Part shown: positions 35,212 to 45,682 of the stretch, piece by piece | Layout: each line of letters begins with the position of its first letter | How positions within the stretch are numbered: the first letter of the stretch is position 1 | Assembly: GCA_027035885.1 (NCBI GenBank) | Contig: JALVTR010000135.1 | Coordinates: 9,964 to 73,963, forward strand | Source: Desulfurellales bacterium | GTDB lineage: Bacteria; Campylobacterota_A; Desulfurellia; Desulfurellales; Hippeaceae | Length of the DNA: 64,000 nt | Direction of reading: 5' to 3' | The notes under the pieces: generated by a model | The model's input: only the letters and a program-made list of their open reading frames with translations | The model's database searches: none | Told to the model about the DNA's origin: nothing | Program-made: the position numbers and the translations under genes

Positions 35212-35640
35212 ATGCTGAAGGTTGATCTGATTAAAAAGGTTATGGATTTTATTCTTTACATATTATCGATTTTGATACTTGTTATCATTATTTTTTATCT
35301 TGTAAAATTGATTTGGGAACTAAAGGATGTTGTTGTGCATTTTCCACCATTAAGCGAGACAATGTCAAAATCGGTAGAAGAAGTTCTAAATTTGTTTGTC
35401 TTGATTGAATTTTTCAGGGGCGCTATGTCTTACTTTGATTTTGAGAGAATCAAACTTTCCTATATTACAGACGCTGCTTTGGTTTTTGTTCTTCGTGAAG
35501 TTATGATTTCGACATTTTACCACAAGCTGGAATACAAGATGGCTATTGCTTATTCTGTCGTAATGATTGTCATTATCGCAATAAGGACGTTAACAATTTT
35601 ATATACTCCAGATAGGGAGAATAGGATAAGGAAGGAGTAG
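35212..35640 (+). CDS. PsiE-family membrane protein
   Basis: Four hydrophobic segments; VLNLFVLIEFFR and DAALVFVLRE motifs. Confidence 0.8.
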   Translation: MLKVDLIKKVMDFILYILSILILVIIIFYLVKLIWELKDVVVHFPPLSETMSKSVEEVLNLFVLIEFFRGAMSYFDFERIKLSYITDAALVFVLREVMISTFYHKLEYKMAIAYSVVMIVIIAIRTLTILYTPDRENRIRKE

Positions 35641-35643
35641 GCT

Positions 35644-37377
35644 ATGCGTTATTCAAAGAGCTTTATCTATACGTTGAAAGAAGAACAAAAAGAAGCAACG
35701 ATCGTTAGCCACAATTTGTTTTTGAGGGGTGGATTTATCGTAAAATTGGCAAGTGGCATATACAACTATTTACCTCTGGGATTGAGGATTATAAGGAAGG
35801 TTTCTCAGATTGTTAGAGAGGAGATGGATAAAGCTGGAGCCATAGAGATTCTAATGGCAGCTATACAACCTGCTGAATTGTGGAAGGAATCTGGAAGGTG
35901 GCAAGAATATGGAAAGGAGCTTTTGAGAATCAAAGATAGGGGCGATAGGGACTTTGTTTTTGGTCCTACGCACGAAGAGGTCGTTACGGACATTGTCAGA
36001 CGATACATCAAGGGTTATAGGCAGCTGCCAATAAACTTATACCAGATACAGACAAAGTTTAGGGATGAGTTGAGGCCACGCTTTGGTTTGATGAGGGGTA
36101 GAGAGTTTATAATGAAGGATGCCTATAGCTTCGATAAAGATGAAGAGGGTATGGATGTCAGTTACGATAAAATGAGAGAGGCTTATCACAACATATTTAG
36201 AAGATGCGGGTTGAACTTTAGGAGTGTTGAGGCGGATACGGGCTCAATCGGTGGTAAAGATTCTGAGGAATTCATGGTTTTGAGCGAAACGGGTGAGGAT
36301 GAGATTGTTATATGCGATAGTTGTGAATTTGCATCCAATGTTGAAAGGGCAACAAGTGTAGTAGAAAACGAGACGGGTGAAGAGTTTGAGCTTAAAAAGG
36401 TTGCAACGCCGGGTAAAGAGACGATTAAAGACGTTTGCGAATTTTTAAATGCAGATTCTCGATATTCTGCCAAAGCTTTGGTTTATAAAAATGAAAACGG
36501 CGAGTATTTCTGTTTTTTTGTTGAAGGTGATGATGAACTGAATTTGATTAAAGCAGAGAGAGTAACAGGCTCGATTGAACTTGAGATGGTTAGTGATGAA
36601 GAGCTTAAAAATTTGGGTTTAGAGAAGGGTTATATTGGTCCTGTTAACTTTCCCAACAAAGACTTGAGGGTGATATGTGATAAAAGGATTACAGAGAGGA
36701 ACAACTTGGTTGTTGGGGCAAATGAACATGGTTTCCATTTGACTGGTGCTAAATTTGGTAGGGACTTTGATTGCGAGGTTGCAGATTTGAGGTTAGCTAA
36801 AGAGGGTGAGATTTGCCCGAAGTGTGGCAGGGGGAGATTGAAGAAAATGAGGGGTATAGAAGTTGGTCACATATTCAAATTGGGCCAGAAGTACTCAAAA
36901 ACTATGAATGCCGTATTTTTGGATGAAAATGGTAAGGCGATACCATTTTACATGGGTTGTTACGGTATAGGCATAGGCAGAACTGCGCAGGCTGCTGTTG
37001 AGCAGAATAACGATGAACACGGCATTATTTGGCCAATATCCATTTCACCTTTTGAGATAGAAATCGTAAGTTTGGATACGAGGAATGAAAAGTTAAGAGA
37101 CTTTTGCGACGATTTGTACAATAGGATGTCGAATGAGGCTTTTGATGTGCTATACGATGACAGGGATGAAAGGGCAGGTGTGAAGTTGAATGATATGGAT
37201 TTGATAGGTATACCCGTAAGGGTAATTGTAGGTAAAAAATCATTTGAGAATGGCATGGCAGAGGTTTCACTGAGAAGGGATAGGAAGAAAGAACAGGTTA
37301 GATTGGAGGATGTTGTTAATAAAATAAAGGAGCTTAGGGATAAGCTGTATAAAGAACTTGAGGAGGTGAGAAAATGA
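35644..37377 (+). CDS. proS: Proline--tRNA ligase (with INS editing domain)
   Basis: LASGIYNYLPLG, GPTHEE, FRDELRPRFGLMRGREFIMKDAY, EVGHIFKLG, GCYGIGIGR. Confidence 0.98.
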   Translation: MRYSKSFIYTLKEEQKEATIVSHNLFLRGGFIVKLASGIYNYLPLGLRIIRKVSQIVREEMDKAGAIEILMAAIQPAELWKESGRWQEYGKELLRIKDRGDRDFVFGPTHEEVVTDIVRRYIKGYRQLPINLYQIQTKFRDELRPRFGLMRGREFIMKDAYSFDKDEEGMDVSYDKMREAYHNIFRRCGLNFRSVEADTGSIGGKDSEEFMVLSETGEDEIVICDSCEFASNVERATSVVENETGEEFELKKVATPGKETIKDVCEFLNADSRYSAKALVYKNENGEYFCFFVEGDDELNLIKAERVTGSIELEMVSDEELKNLGLEKGYIGPVNFPNKDLRVICDKRITERNNLVVGANEHGFHLTGAKFGRDFDCEVADLRLAKEGEICPKCGRGRLKKMRGIEVGHIFKLGQKYSKTMNAVFLDENGKAIPFYMGCYGIGIGRTAQAAVEQNNDEHGIIWPISISPFEIEIVSLDTRNEKLRDFCDDLYNRMSNEAFDVLYDDRDERAGVKLNDMDLIGIPVRVIVGKKSFENGMAEVSLRRDRKKEQVRLEDVVNKIKELRDKLYKELEEVRK

Positions 37378-38735
37378 CAAAGAAAGAATTGAAAGAATTG
37401 AAATATAAGTTGGGCTATAAGAATGACAATGGTTGGATTAAAGCCGATAAAAATAAGGTTTTTAAGTTTGCAGAAATTTATAAATCCTTTATAGGGAAGT
37501 GCAAAACAGAAAGGGAAACGGTCAAATTTGTTAAGGGAGAATTTGAAAAGAGGTCGAAAAAGGAAGATTTCTTTGTTGTTAACAGAGGAAAATGCATAGC
37601 GCTTGTTAGATTGGGTGATGGATTTGGTATGAAACTTGTGGCAAGCCATATTGATGCGCCGAGGATTGACCTAAAACAGAATCCGTTGTTTGAGGATACA
37701 GAGTTAGCTTTGTTCCATACGCATTACTACGGTGGTATAAAGAAATATCAGTGGTTCAACATACCACTTGCTATACACGGTGTAATTGTTAAATCAAATG
37801 GTGAGATTGTTAATATTTATATAGGTGAAGACGACAGCGATCCGACGTTTGTGATACCAGATCTTTTACCGCATCTGTCCCATAAGGTTCAGGACGATAA
37901 GAAGGTCAAAGAGGCGTTTGAAGCCGAGAAGATGAGCTTGATTGTTGGTAGCATTCCTTTAGATGATGATGAAAAAGAAGCAGTTAAACTCAATGTTTTG
38001 AAGATTTTAAACGAAAAGTACGGGATTGTCGAAGAGGATTTTATATCTGCTGAGATTACACTTGTTCCAGCCTTGAATCCAAAGGATTCGGGCTTTGATA
38101 GGAGTTTAATTGCAGCTTATGGACACGACGATAGAATATGCGCATTTTGCTCAAAGGAGGCTTTTTTTGATGCAAACTCTAAAAGAACCATTGTTGCATT
38201 AATGATTGATAAGGAGGAGATAGGCTCTGACGGCAGTACTGGTGCCAAGTCGAGATTTTTACTCGATGTTGTGGTGGAAATACTAAAGAGAAAGGGTATA
38301 TCGCCCGATTTTATAAATGTGGGTGAGTTTTTGAAGAATTCCGAAGTACTTAGTGCAGATGTGAATGGTGCCGTAAATCCGATGTATAAAAATGTCCATG
38401 AGAAAGACAATGCAAGTTATATAAGTCACGGTGTTGTATTGACAAAGTTCACTGGTCATGGCGGAAAGTATATGGCGAATGATGCATCGGCTGAATTCGT
38501 AGGAAAAATTAGAAGGATTTTCAATGACGCAAATGTGAAATGGCAAATTGGTGAGCTTGGAAAGGTGGATGAAGGTGGCGGAGGTACTATCGCCAAGTAT
38601 TTAGCTGTATGGAATATGGATGCTGTAGATTGTGGACCAGCATTAATTTCCATGCACTCTCCCTATGAGATTGCATCCAAATTTGACCTGTTTGAAACAT
38701 ATAAGGCCTATAAGGCTTTTTATGAAAGTGACTAA
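37374..38735 (+). CDS. M18-family aminopeptidase
   Basis: SHIDAPRID, GHDDRIC, DKEEIGSDG, SADV, MHSPYE. Confidence 0.9.
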   Translation: MTKKELKELKYKLGYKNDNGWIKADKNKVFKFAEIYKSFIGKCKTERETVKFVKGEFEKRSKKEDFFVVNRGKCIALVRLGDGFGMKLVASHIDAPRIDLKQNPLFEDTELALFHTHYYGGIKKYQWFNIPLAIHGVIVKSNGEIVNIYIGEDDSDPTFVIPDLLPHLSHKVQDDKKVKEAFEAEKMSLIVGSIPLDDDEKEAVKLNVLKILNEKYGIVEEDFISAEITLVPALNPKDSGFDRSLIAAYGHDDRICAFCSKEAFFDANSKRTIVALMIDKEEIGSDGSTGAKSRFLLDVVVEILKRKGISPDFINVGEFLKNSEVLSADVNGAVNPMYKNVHEKDNASYISHGVVLTKFTGHGGKYMANDASAEFVGKIRRIFNDANVKWQIGELGKVDEGGGGTIAKYLAVWNMDAVDCGPALISMHSPYEIASKFDLFETYKAYKAFYESD

Positions 38736-38741
38736 TGGTTA

Positions 38742-40844
38742 ATGAAACTGAATGAGTTTTTAAAGATTATAGAGCATCTGCATGGCGGAAAAGACGAAGA
38801 AAAAGGTTGGGATTGGCTTTTAAGAGAGTTGAAGGTCATCCTTAACGTAGACTCTGTATTCTTTGCTAAAGTTGTAGATGAGAATACATTTAATTGTTTT
38901 AGTTCGGATGATGTCAATCCTCCATTTCTTGCATTAAGGAATTCTGTTGCACATCATACCATAAAACTAAAGAAGACAATAAAGATTGACAACTATCCAA
39001 AATCTAAGTATGCAAAAGATTACTGGATTGATAAGGGTGTAAAGTCAATAATCAGTGTTCCTGTAATCTTTTCTGGCGAAGTGTTTGGTGCTTTACAAAT
39101 AGTGAGTTTTTCATCTTCACAAATAGAGGATTCTGTTGTCGATACATTAAAAGCTTTTGCAGAAATAGTATCTTTTGTGCTTTATTACAGAAGGAAAACT
39201 GAATCTACAGATAAAATTCTGAAATTTATGGTGAGAGAGTTTGAATACTTTTATTCACGTGAATTACCAGACTTTTTTGATAAGGAAAATTTGAAGAAAT
39301 GGATTGTTGAGTACTTAATAAACATAATGGATATTACAGATTCTTACGCTGTAGGCTTCGGGTTTCCAAAAGAGCAGATATTTGTTGCCGTTAACAAAAA
39401 AGGTAGTGGTTTTGAAGAGCGTTTTTTTACGGAGATAACGAAAGAAGTTAAAGATTTGATACTTTACAAGATTTGGAAAAAATCCATCGGTAATATTGTA
39501 TCTTTTGATGAACTTAGTAATTATGGAATACAACCTTCAAAGATGTCTTTGGATGCTAGTATAAAATCTGCCCTATTTGTTCCTGTTAAATATAACGACG
39601 AAGTTGTTGTTGTATTGGGTTTTGGATATGACAGAAAACTCTATGTTGACCGCGATTATAAGTTGGCTTTGCAAAACTGCGCTACTCATCTAACGTTTAT
39701 GTTGCTTGCCGCCAAGAATTTAACACTTTTGAACAGTGAACTCATAGATGTTGAAGAGAGCTTTCTTGAATCTTTTATACTTGTTATGGAAGCCCGAGAT
39801 GTGTATACAAAAGGGCATTCATTGAGAGTGGCGCATTACGCTTCTGTTATAGGCAAGGCTCTGGGTGTGAGTGAGAAGGAGCAAAAGAAACTCTATATAG
39901 CAGGACTTTTGCACGATATAGGAAAAATTGGGATACCAGATAATATATTGCTTAAACCAGGTATACTTTCGCCTAATGAGTATGAAATAATCAAAAACCA
40001 TGCAGAGTTTTCCTACCAGATAATAAAAAACATCAAGAGATTTGAGGATATAACAGATTATGTGAGGTATCACCATGAAAGATGTGACGGTAGTGGCTAT
40101 CCCAAGGGGTTGAGAGGTAAAGAAATACCGTTAGGGGCTAGGATTTTGGCCATTGCTGATGTATTTGATGCTGTTACAACAACAAGACCGTATAGAAAGA
40201 AACTTTCAGTTGTAAGTGCTTTAGAGTTACTTGTTGATATGGGTAAGGCTTTAGACCAAGATATTGTAAAAAAATCAGCGAATGTGTTAAATGAGGCTTT
40301 TGATAGAGTTCAAGGTAGAATTGGTAAAAGAGACTTTCTACCGGAGGATATTGATTCTGTTAGACAAAACATATTTACAACTGATTATATGACGGGGCTT
40401 TTGAGAAGAAAACAGTTTGTGGAAAAGGTAGATGGATTGATAAGAAATTTTGAACGATTTTATATGTTTTACTTTGATATAAAAAACTTATCTTATATAA
40501 ATCATGTTTATTCAATGGACATCGGAGATAAAATTATACTATATACTGCTGAGGCATTAAAGGGTTTGGATGATGTAAATTTCCTTGCGAGGACTGAACC
40601 AGATGCATTTTATTTTATTTATAAAGGTAAGAATGAGCCTGGTGTTTTTGTTTTAGGATTAAAGAGAATTGTAAAATCATACGTAATAGATAATCTATTG
40701 AAGGAAGAAATAAATATATCAAGTTGGAAGAAGGTTATAGATTTTTACGTTTCATTCTCTGAGTTTTTACCTGGTAGGTCTGCAGAGGATATGATGTACG
40801 AATGTAAACAAAGAAAAAAGGAGATTGAGGAGTTGTTGCTATGA
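38742..40844 (+). CDS. GAF-GAF-HD-GYP protein with degenerate C-terminal GGDEF-like domain
   Basis: YTKGHSLRVA, LLHDIGK, HHERCDGSGYP, IADVFDA; C-terminal DYMTGLL...FDIKNLSYIN...ARTEPDAF. Confidence 0.88.
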   Translation: MKLNEFLKIIEHLHGGKDEEKGWDWLLRELKVILNVDSVFFAKVVDENTFNCFSSDDVNPPFLALRNSVAHHTIKLKKTIKIDNYPKSKYAKDYWIDKGVKSIISVPVIFSGEVFGALQIVSFSSSQIEDSVVDTLKAFAEIVSFVLYYRRKTESTDKILKFMVREFEYFYSRELPDFFDKENLKKWIVEYLINIMDITDSYAVGFGFPKEQIFVAVNKKGSGFEERFFTEITKEVKDLILYKIWKKSIGNIVSFDELSNYGIQPSKMSLDASIKSALFVPVKYNDEVVVVLGFGYDRKLYVDRDYKLALQNCATHLTFMLLAAKNLTLLNSELIDVEESFLESFILVMEARDVYTKGHSLRVAHYASVIGKALGVSEKEQKKLYIAGLLHDIGKIGIPDNILLKPGILSPNEYEIIKNHAEFSYQIIKNIKRFEDITDYVRYHHERCDGSGYPKGLRGKEIPLGARILAIADVFDAVTTTRPYRKKLSVVSALELLVDMGKALDQDIVKKSANVLNEAFDRVQGRIGKRDFLPEDIDSVRQNIFTTDYMTGLLRRKQFVEKVDGLIRNFERFYMFYFDIKNLSYINHVYSMDIGDKIILYTAEALKGLDDVNFLARTEPDAFYFIYKGKNEPGVFVLGLKRIVKSYVIDNLLKEEINISSWKKVIDFYVSFSEFLPGRSAEDMMYECKQRKKEIEELLL

Positions 40845-42244
40845 GCTATAGGGTTGTTGAGATTTTTAAGGAAATCTCTAAGATACCAAGATGTTCTAAA
40901 CACTGCAAAAGAATCATTAGGTTTATCTGTGAATGGGCAAATAATGACGGTTTTAAGTGTAGGCTCGATGATTATGGTAATGTTGTTGTAAATATACCTG
41001 CTACTAAAGGATTCGAAAATAAGCCTTCCTTTGCACTTCAAGGTCACATGGATATGGTGTGTGTAAAGGATGAGAACTCAAACCACGATTTTAACGAAGA
41101 TCCTATAGAGGTTTTAGAGAGGAATGGATGGCTTATTGCTAATGGGACAACATTGGGTGCAGATGATGGCGTTGCATTGGCTATTGGTATGGCTTTAGCT
41201 GAGGATGAGTCTAAGCCGCACCCAGAGTTAGAGCTTGTATTTACTGCTGATGAGGAAATCGGACTCGTTGGAGCCGTACACCTTAAGGATAAGTTTGTCA
41301 AGTCCAAGAAGTTGATTAATATAGATTCAGAAAAAGAGGGTGTGTTTGTTATAGGTTGTGCCGGTGGTGAGGATATAGACTTGAGCTTTCCTGTTAAGAG
41401 ACAGGCGAGGAGATTTAGTGAAGCTTATAGAGTAGTTGTTTCTGGCTTGAAGGGTGGTCATTCTGGGACTGAAATTAACCACAATAGGGCAAATGCCATT
41501 AAATTGTTAAATGAAATATTGGATAGGTCTTTTAGCTCAGTTGAGCTTGTTGAACTTAATGGTGGCAAGGCACGCAACGCCATTCCAGATTTTGCAGAGG
41601 CAGTTATATTCACGGACACCGTAGACGAGGTTAAAAGTATTGCAAAGAGCGTTGAAAATTATGCTCTGCCCTTGTTTGCAGGTGAAGAAAATTTAAGTAT
41701 TGAAGTGGAAAAAGCGGAGACAGAAATGGATATAGTCCATAGAGACGATTTTAGAAGAATTGTGGATCTTATAAATAAATTGCCGCATGGTGTTTATAAG
41801 ATGTACGATGACGAGACACCTAAGATATCAAATAATCTGGCTGTAGTTGAGTTAAGTGTTAATGGCTTTAAACTCTTTTCCAATCAGAGGAGTTTGACTG
41901 AGGAAGGTCTTGATAAAATCTGCTCTATTGTTGAGGAAATTGGTAGAGAGCTTTCCTGTGATATTAATAGACACAGCAGGTATCCGTCATGGACTCCGAA
42001 GAATAATTCAAAATTACTTGAAAATGCAAAGCGTACTTTTGTTAATATGTTTAGTAGAGAACCTATGGTTAAAGTGATACACGCGGGGCTTGAGTGTGGT
42101 ATATTTGTATCGAAATTGCCTAAGGATGTAGAAATGATTTCTATTGGCCCTAATATGGAAGATATCCATTCACCTAAAGAGAGGTTAGACATAGATTCTT
42201 TAGTTAGGACTTATGAGCTTGTATGTGAGTTGGTGAAGTCATGA
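40841..42244 (+). CDS. pepD: Aminoacyl-histidine dipeptidase (M20C)
   Basis: LQGHMDMVC, TTLGADDG, TADEEIG, GGHSG, IHAGLECG, HSPKERL. Confidence 0.92.
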   Translation: MSYRVVEIFKEISKIPRCSKHCKRIIRFICEWANNDGFKCRLDDYGNVVVNIPATKGFENKPSFALQGHMDMVCVKDENSNHDFNEDPIEVLERNGWLIANGTTLGADDGVALAIGMALAEDESKPHPELELVFTADEEIGLVGAVHLKDKFVKSKKLINIDSEKEGVFVIGCAGGEDIDLSFPVKRQARRFSEAYRVVVSGLKGGHSGTEINHNRANAIKLLNEILDRSFSSVELVELNGGKARNAIPDFAEAVIFTDTVDEVKSIAKSVENYALPLFAGEENLSIEVEKAETEMDIVHRDDFRRIVDLINKLPHGVYKMYDDETPKISNNLAVVELSVNGFKLFSNQRSLTEEGLDKICSIVEEIGRELSCDINRHSRYPSWTPKNNSKLLENAKRTFVNMFSREPMVKVIHAGLECGIFVSKLPKDVEMISIGPNMEDIHSPKERLDIDSLVRTYELVCELVKS

Positions 42245-42744
42245 AAACAGTGTTTGTTGGATTTATAGGCAACTCTGGGGTTGGAAAGACAACTCTAATT
42301 GAGAAATTGATAAAAGTATTTGCGAGTAAAGGGTATCGTGTAGGGGCAGTGAAGCACGACGCCCACAAGTTTGAGATAGACTATCCGGGTAAGGATTCTT
42401 ACAGAATGAAACATGCGGGGGCGTGGCGAGTGGTTTTATCTTCTGAAGATAAACTTGCTATAATTGAGAATAGGGAGAAAGAAAAGCCATTAGATGAGAT
42501 GAGAAAGTTATTTTATGATTGTGATTTTGTGTTTATTGAGGGCTACAAACTTGGTGATTTGCCAAAAGTAGAGGTTCATAGAGATGAGGTTAGTAAAGAT
42601 TGGTATATAAAAAAGGGTATTAAGGATATAGTTTTGGCAGTATCTGATAGAATCTATGATTTGCCCGTTCCAGTGTTTCTTTTTGATGAAATAAATCGCA
42701 TTGTATTTTTTGTAGAGAGTTTGAAAAAAAATGAAGATACTTAA
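42241..42744 (+). CDS. mobB: Molybdopterin-guanine dinucleotide biosynthesis protein B
   Basis: GNSGVGKTT, VKHDAH, GKDSYR, VFIEGYK. Confidence 0.92.
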   Translation: MKTVFVGFIGNSGVGKTTLIEKLIKVFASKGYRVGAVKHDAHKFEIDYPGKDSYRMKHAGAWRVVLSSEDKLAIIENREKEKPLDEMRKLFYDCDFVFIEGYKLGDLPKVEVHRDEVSKDWYIKKGIKDIVLAVSDRIYDLPVPVFLFDEINRIVFFVESLKKNEDT

Positions 42745-43771
42745 CATAGAGTCCGCAACGAACTTCTCTGGTGGCGTAAACCAGCTAATCATTAATGTTA
42801 AGGGATTAGTTTATAATGGACATGAGGTAACCGTAGCCTGTGTTGAAGACTCACCTGTGCATCGTGCTTTAAAGGATAGTGGTGCTGACTTTTTCTTTAT
42901 TGACGAAGATAAGGTTTATAAATCTGCGCTGAGATTAAGGAATTTTCTTAAAAAACGCGATTTTGACATTGTTCATACCCATCATTCAAAAGGTCATACC
43001 ATAGGTCTTTTAGCTTTGCTTTTTAAGAAGAATGAGAAGCTTGTCGTTCAGAGGAGCGTGCTCTTTCCAACTACTAATGTTTTTAAGTATCTGAACCCGC
43101 GCGTGAATCTATTTATAGCAAACTCATTTGCGGTAAAAGATGTGATGAGGAGACACTTTGTTAATCCCAAAAAAATCAAGGTGATATATAGCGCAATAGA
43201 TAACAAAAGATTGAAAGACATAGATAGAGAAAAAGTGAGAAAGGATTTTGACTTCGAAGGTAATGTTTTTGGAGTGGTTGGCAATTATTCATCTTTTAAG
43301 GGCCATGATATTGCAATAGAGGCGTTTAAGAAGCTGGACCTTAAAAATTCCATGCTTGTAATAGTTGGGAGCGATACGGATGAGTTGCGTGGGCTTGCAG
43401 TAGGTCTAGATATTTCAGATAGAGTTAAGATTTTGGGTTTTAGAAAAGATGCCTATAGAATTATGGCGGGCTTTGATGTGCTTGTTATACCGTCTTTAAG
43501 GGAAAGTTTCCCAAATGTGGCGATAGAGGCTTTTTTACTTGGAGTACCTGTTATCGGTACGAATGTTGGAGGAATTCCTGAGCTTTTGAGTAATGGGAGA
43601 GGAATTATAGCAAATCCAACTACTGATGATTTAGCTAAAGCCATGATGGATATGGTTGTAGTAGACAGGGATAAAATTAAAAAGAAAGCCTTTGAATTTG
43701 CAATGCAGAACCTTACGGCTAAAAAGAAGGTGGAAGGGCTGATAAAGGTTTACGAGGAGCTACTTTCGTGA
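42731..43771 (+). CDS. Glycosyltransferase family 4 (probable LPS core)
   Basis: FSGGVNQ, VHTH, KGH, PSLRESFPNVAIEA, GGIPE. Confidence 0.9.
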   Translation: MKILNIESATNFSGGVNQLIINVKGLVYNGHEVTVACVEDSPVHRALKDSGADFFFIDEDKVYKSALRLRNFLKKRDFDIVHTHHSKGHTIGLLALLFKKNEKLVVQRSVLFPTTNVFKYLNPRVNLFIANSFAVKDVMRRHFVNPKKIKVIYSAIDNKRLKDIDREKVRKDFDFEGNVFGVVGNYSSFKGHDIAIEAFKKLDLKNSMLVIVGSDTDELRGLAVGLDISDRVKILGFRKDAYRIMAGFDVLVIPSLRESFPNVAIEAFLLGVPVIGTNVGGIPELLSNGRGIIANPTTDDLAKAMMDMVVVDRDKIKKKAFEFAMQNLTAKKKVEGLIKVYEELLS

Positions 43772-44589
43772 GGTTGATTTATAGGTTTTTAAAGGTTTTA
43801 CCCCTTTGGATGTTGAAGTGGCTTTTTAGGTTTCTTTCTATTCTTGTTTATTTTGCCTTGCCTAAAAGGAGAAAAATAGCGCAGAACAACATAAAATTTG
43901 CTGTTGGTGGTGAGTATAAAAAATTAGCTTTGAAAAGTTACCTATACTTTGCTGACATGATTGCAGTTAACGTGAAGTTTCTTGGTGATAGGAGTTTTTT
44001 TGAAAAAAGATTTACTATTGATGGTTATGAGAATTATGTAAAAGCCAAGTCAAAAGGTAATGGTGTGATTTTTACAACTGCCCATTTTGGTAATTGGGAG
44101 ATGCTTGTTTGCGGTTTTGCTATACTTAAAAAACCTATATATATTATGGTTAGACCTATAGATACTAAATGCGTTGATGATTTGGTAGAAGGCGTTAGGG
44201 CATCGTGCGGGAATAGGATTTTGTCTTCAAGATTATCGGCTTTTGAGTTTATCAGGCTTTTAAAGAAGGATAGTACACTTGGTATATTAATAGATCAGGC
44301 AGGCGGAGATGGGTCTTTTAGAGTTGATTTTTTTTCTAAGAAGGCTAAAGTTAGTGAAAGCGTAGGAGTTTTCTGTTGCAAGTTGAATGTACCGGTTTTG
44401 CCGGCTTATTTGAAGGAACATGACGATGGTACTTACACTATTGTTATAGAAAGTGCTATTGAGTGTGATAAGGACAAGCCCAAAGTAGAAGCTGTGCAAG
44501 AAGTAATGGATAAAATCTATAATCGTTTTGAAGATTGGATAAGGAAAGAACCACATAGATACTTTTGGATGCACAATAGATGGAAATAA
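43768..44589 (+). CDS. lpxL: Lipid A late acyltransferase (LpxL/HtrB family)
   Basis: TAHFGNWE, GILIDQ, YFWMHNRWK. Confidence 0.85.
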   Translation: MRLIYRFLKVLPLWMLKWLFRFLSILVYFALPKRRKIAQNNIKFAVGGEYKKLALKSYLYFADMIAVNVKFLGDRSFFEKRFTIDGYENYVKAKSKGNGVIFTTAHFGNWEMLVCGFAILKKPIYIMVRPIDTKCVDDLVEGVRASCGNRILSSRLSAFEFIRLLKKDSTLGILIDQAGGDGSFRVDFFSKKAKVSESVGVFCCKLNVPVLPAYLKEHDDGTYTIVIESAIECDKDKPKVEAVQEVMDKIYNRFEDWIRKEPHRYFWMHNRWK

Positions 44590-45113
44590 AAGCCGTTTTT
44601 TTGGACAGGGATGGAACAATCATAGAGGATGTCCACTATTTGAGCAGGCTTGAGGATATAAAGCTTATGCCTCTTGCCAGTGAGGGTTTAACGCTCATGA
44701 AAGAGTGTGGTTACAAACTCATCGTTATCACCAATCAGTCTGGCATAGGTAGGGGTTACTTTAGGGAAGAGTTTGTTAAAAAGACCCATGAGATTTTAAA
44801 TGATATACTGAGTAATCTGATTGATGCATTCTACTTTTGTCCCCATAAGCCTGAAGACAATTGTTCCTGCAGGAAACCAAAACCAGGTATGATTGATCAG
44901 GCTGTTAAAGACTTTGGTATAAACAAGGAGAAGTCCTTTGTTGTTGGTGATAAGGAAACAGATGTGGAATTGGGCTTGAATGCTGGAGTCACGCCATTGC
45001 TTGTTATAAACAGGGAAAATGTACATTTGCTTGAGAATACGAAGGCCAAAGCGTTCTTTTCAAATCTTTACGAGGTGGCGATGTGGATTTGCCGAAGGGA
45101 TTTTACGGTATAA
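44580..45113 (+). CDS. gmhB: D-glycero-D-manno-heptose 1,7-bisphosphate phosphatase
   Basis: FLDRDGTI, ITNQSGIGRG, CPH...CSCRKPKPGM, VGDKETD. Confidence 0.9.
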   Translation: MEIKAVFLDRDGTIIEDVHYLSRLEDIKLMPLASEGLTLMKECGYKLIVITNQSGIGRGYFREEFVKKTHEILNDILSNLIDAFYFCPHKPEDNCSCRKPKPGMIDQAVKDFGINKEKSFVVGDKETDVELGLNAGVTPLLVINRENVHLLENTKAKAFFSNLYEVAMWICRRDFTV

Positions 45114-45682
45114 CAGACGAAAGGTTTGGCTGCTTAGAATCTGCTAAAAAGCTTTTGGACTTTGGTGTAAAGATTGTGCAACTTAGATGCAAGAAGCTTA
45201 CGGGCAGGGAATTTTTGTCTATAGCTGATGAGGTAAGGAAACTCACGGAAGATTATGGTGCATTGTTTATAGTTGACGATAGATGGGATATAGCTTTGTT
45301 GAGCGATGCGGATGGTGTACATGTCGGAGATAAGGACATATCACCGTGTAGGATACGCGAGAGCGTGAAGGAGAATTTTATTGTGGGTTTAAGCACTCAC
45401 TCCGTAGAGGAAGTTTTAAAGGCTGAATGCTGTGATTACATTGGTGTAGGACCCGTTTTTCCAACTACGACAAAGGATAAACCTCATCCAACAATAGGTG
45501 TGAAATTGGCTAAGAAAATGGTTGAGTTATCGAACTATCCGGCTTACTTGATTGGTGGCATTAAACTTGAAAACATTGATAAGATTAAGGGTATTAGTGC
45601 TCATGGCTTTGTGAGTGTTTATGATGTTTTGTCTCACGATAAAGATTATTTCGAAAGGATGATAAGCATATGGAAAAATTAA
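45083..45682 (+). CDS. thiE: Thiamine-phosphate synthase
   Basis: VQLRCK, IVDDRWDIA, DGVHVGDKD, GLSTHS, YIGVGPVFPTTTK, IGGI. Confidence 0.9.
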   Translation: MDLPKGFYGITDERFGCLESAKKLLDFGVKIVQLRCKKLTGREFLSIADEVRKLTEDYGALFIVDDRWDIALLSDADGVHVGDKDISPCRIRESVKENFIVGLSTHSVEEVLKAECCDYIGVGPVFPTTTKDKPHPTIGVKLAKKMVELSNYPAYLIGGIKLENIDKIKGISAHGFVSVYDVLSHDKDYFERMISIWKN

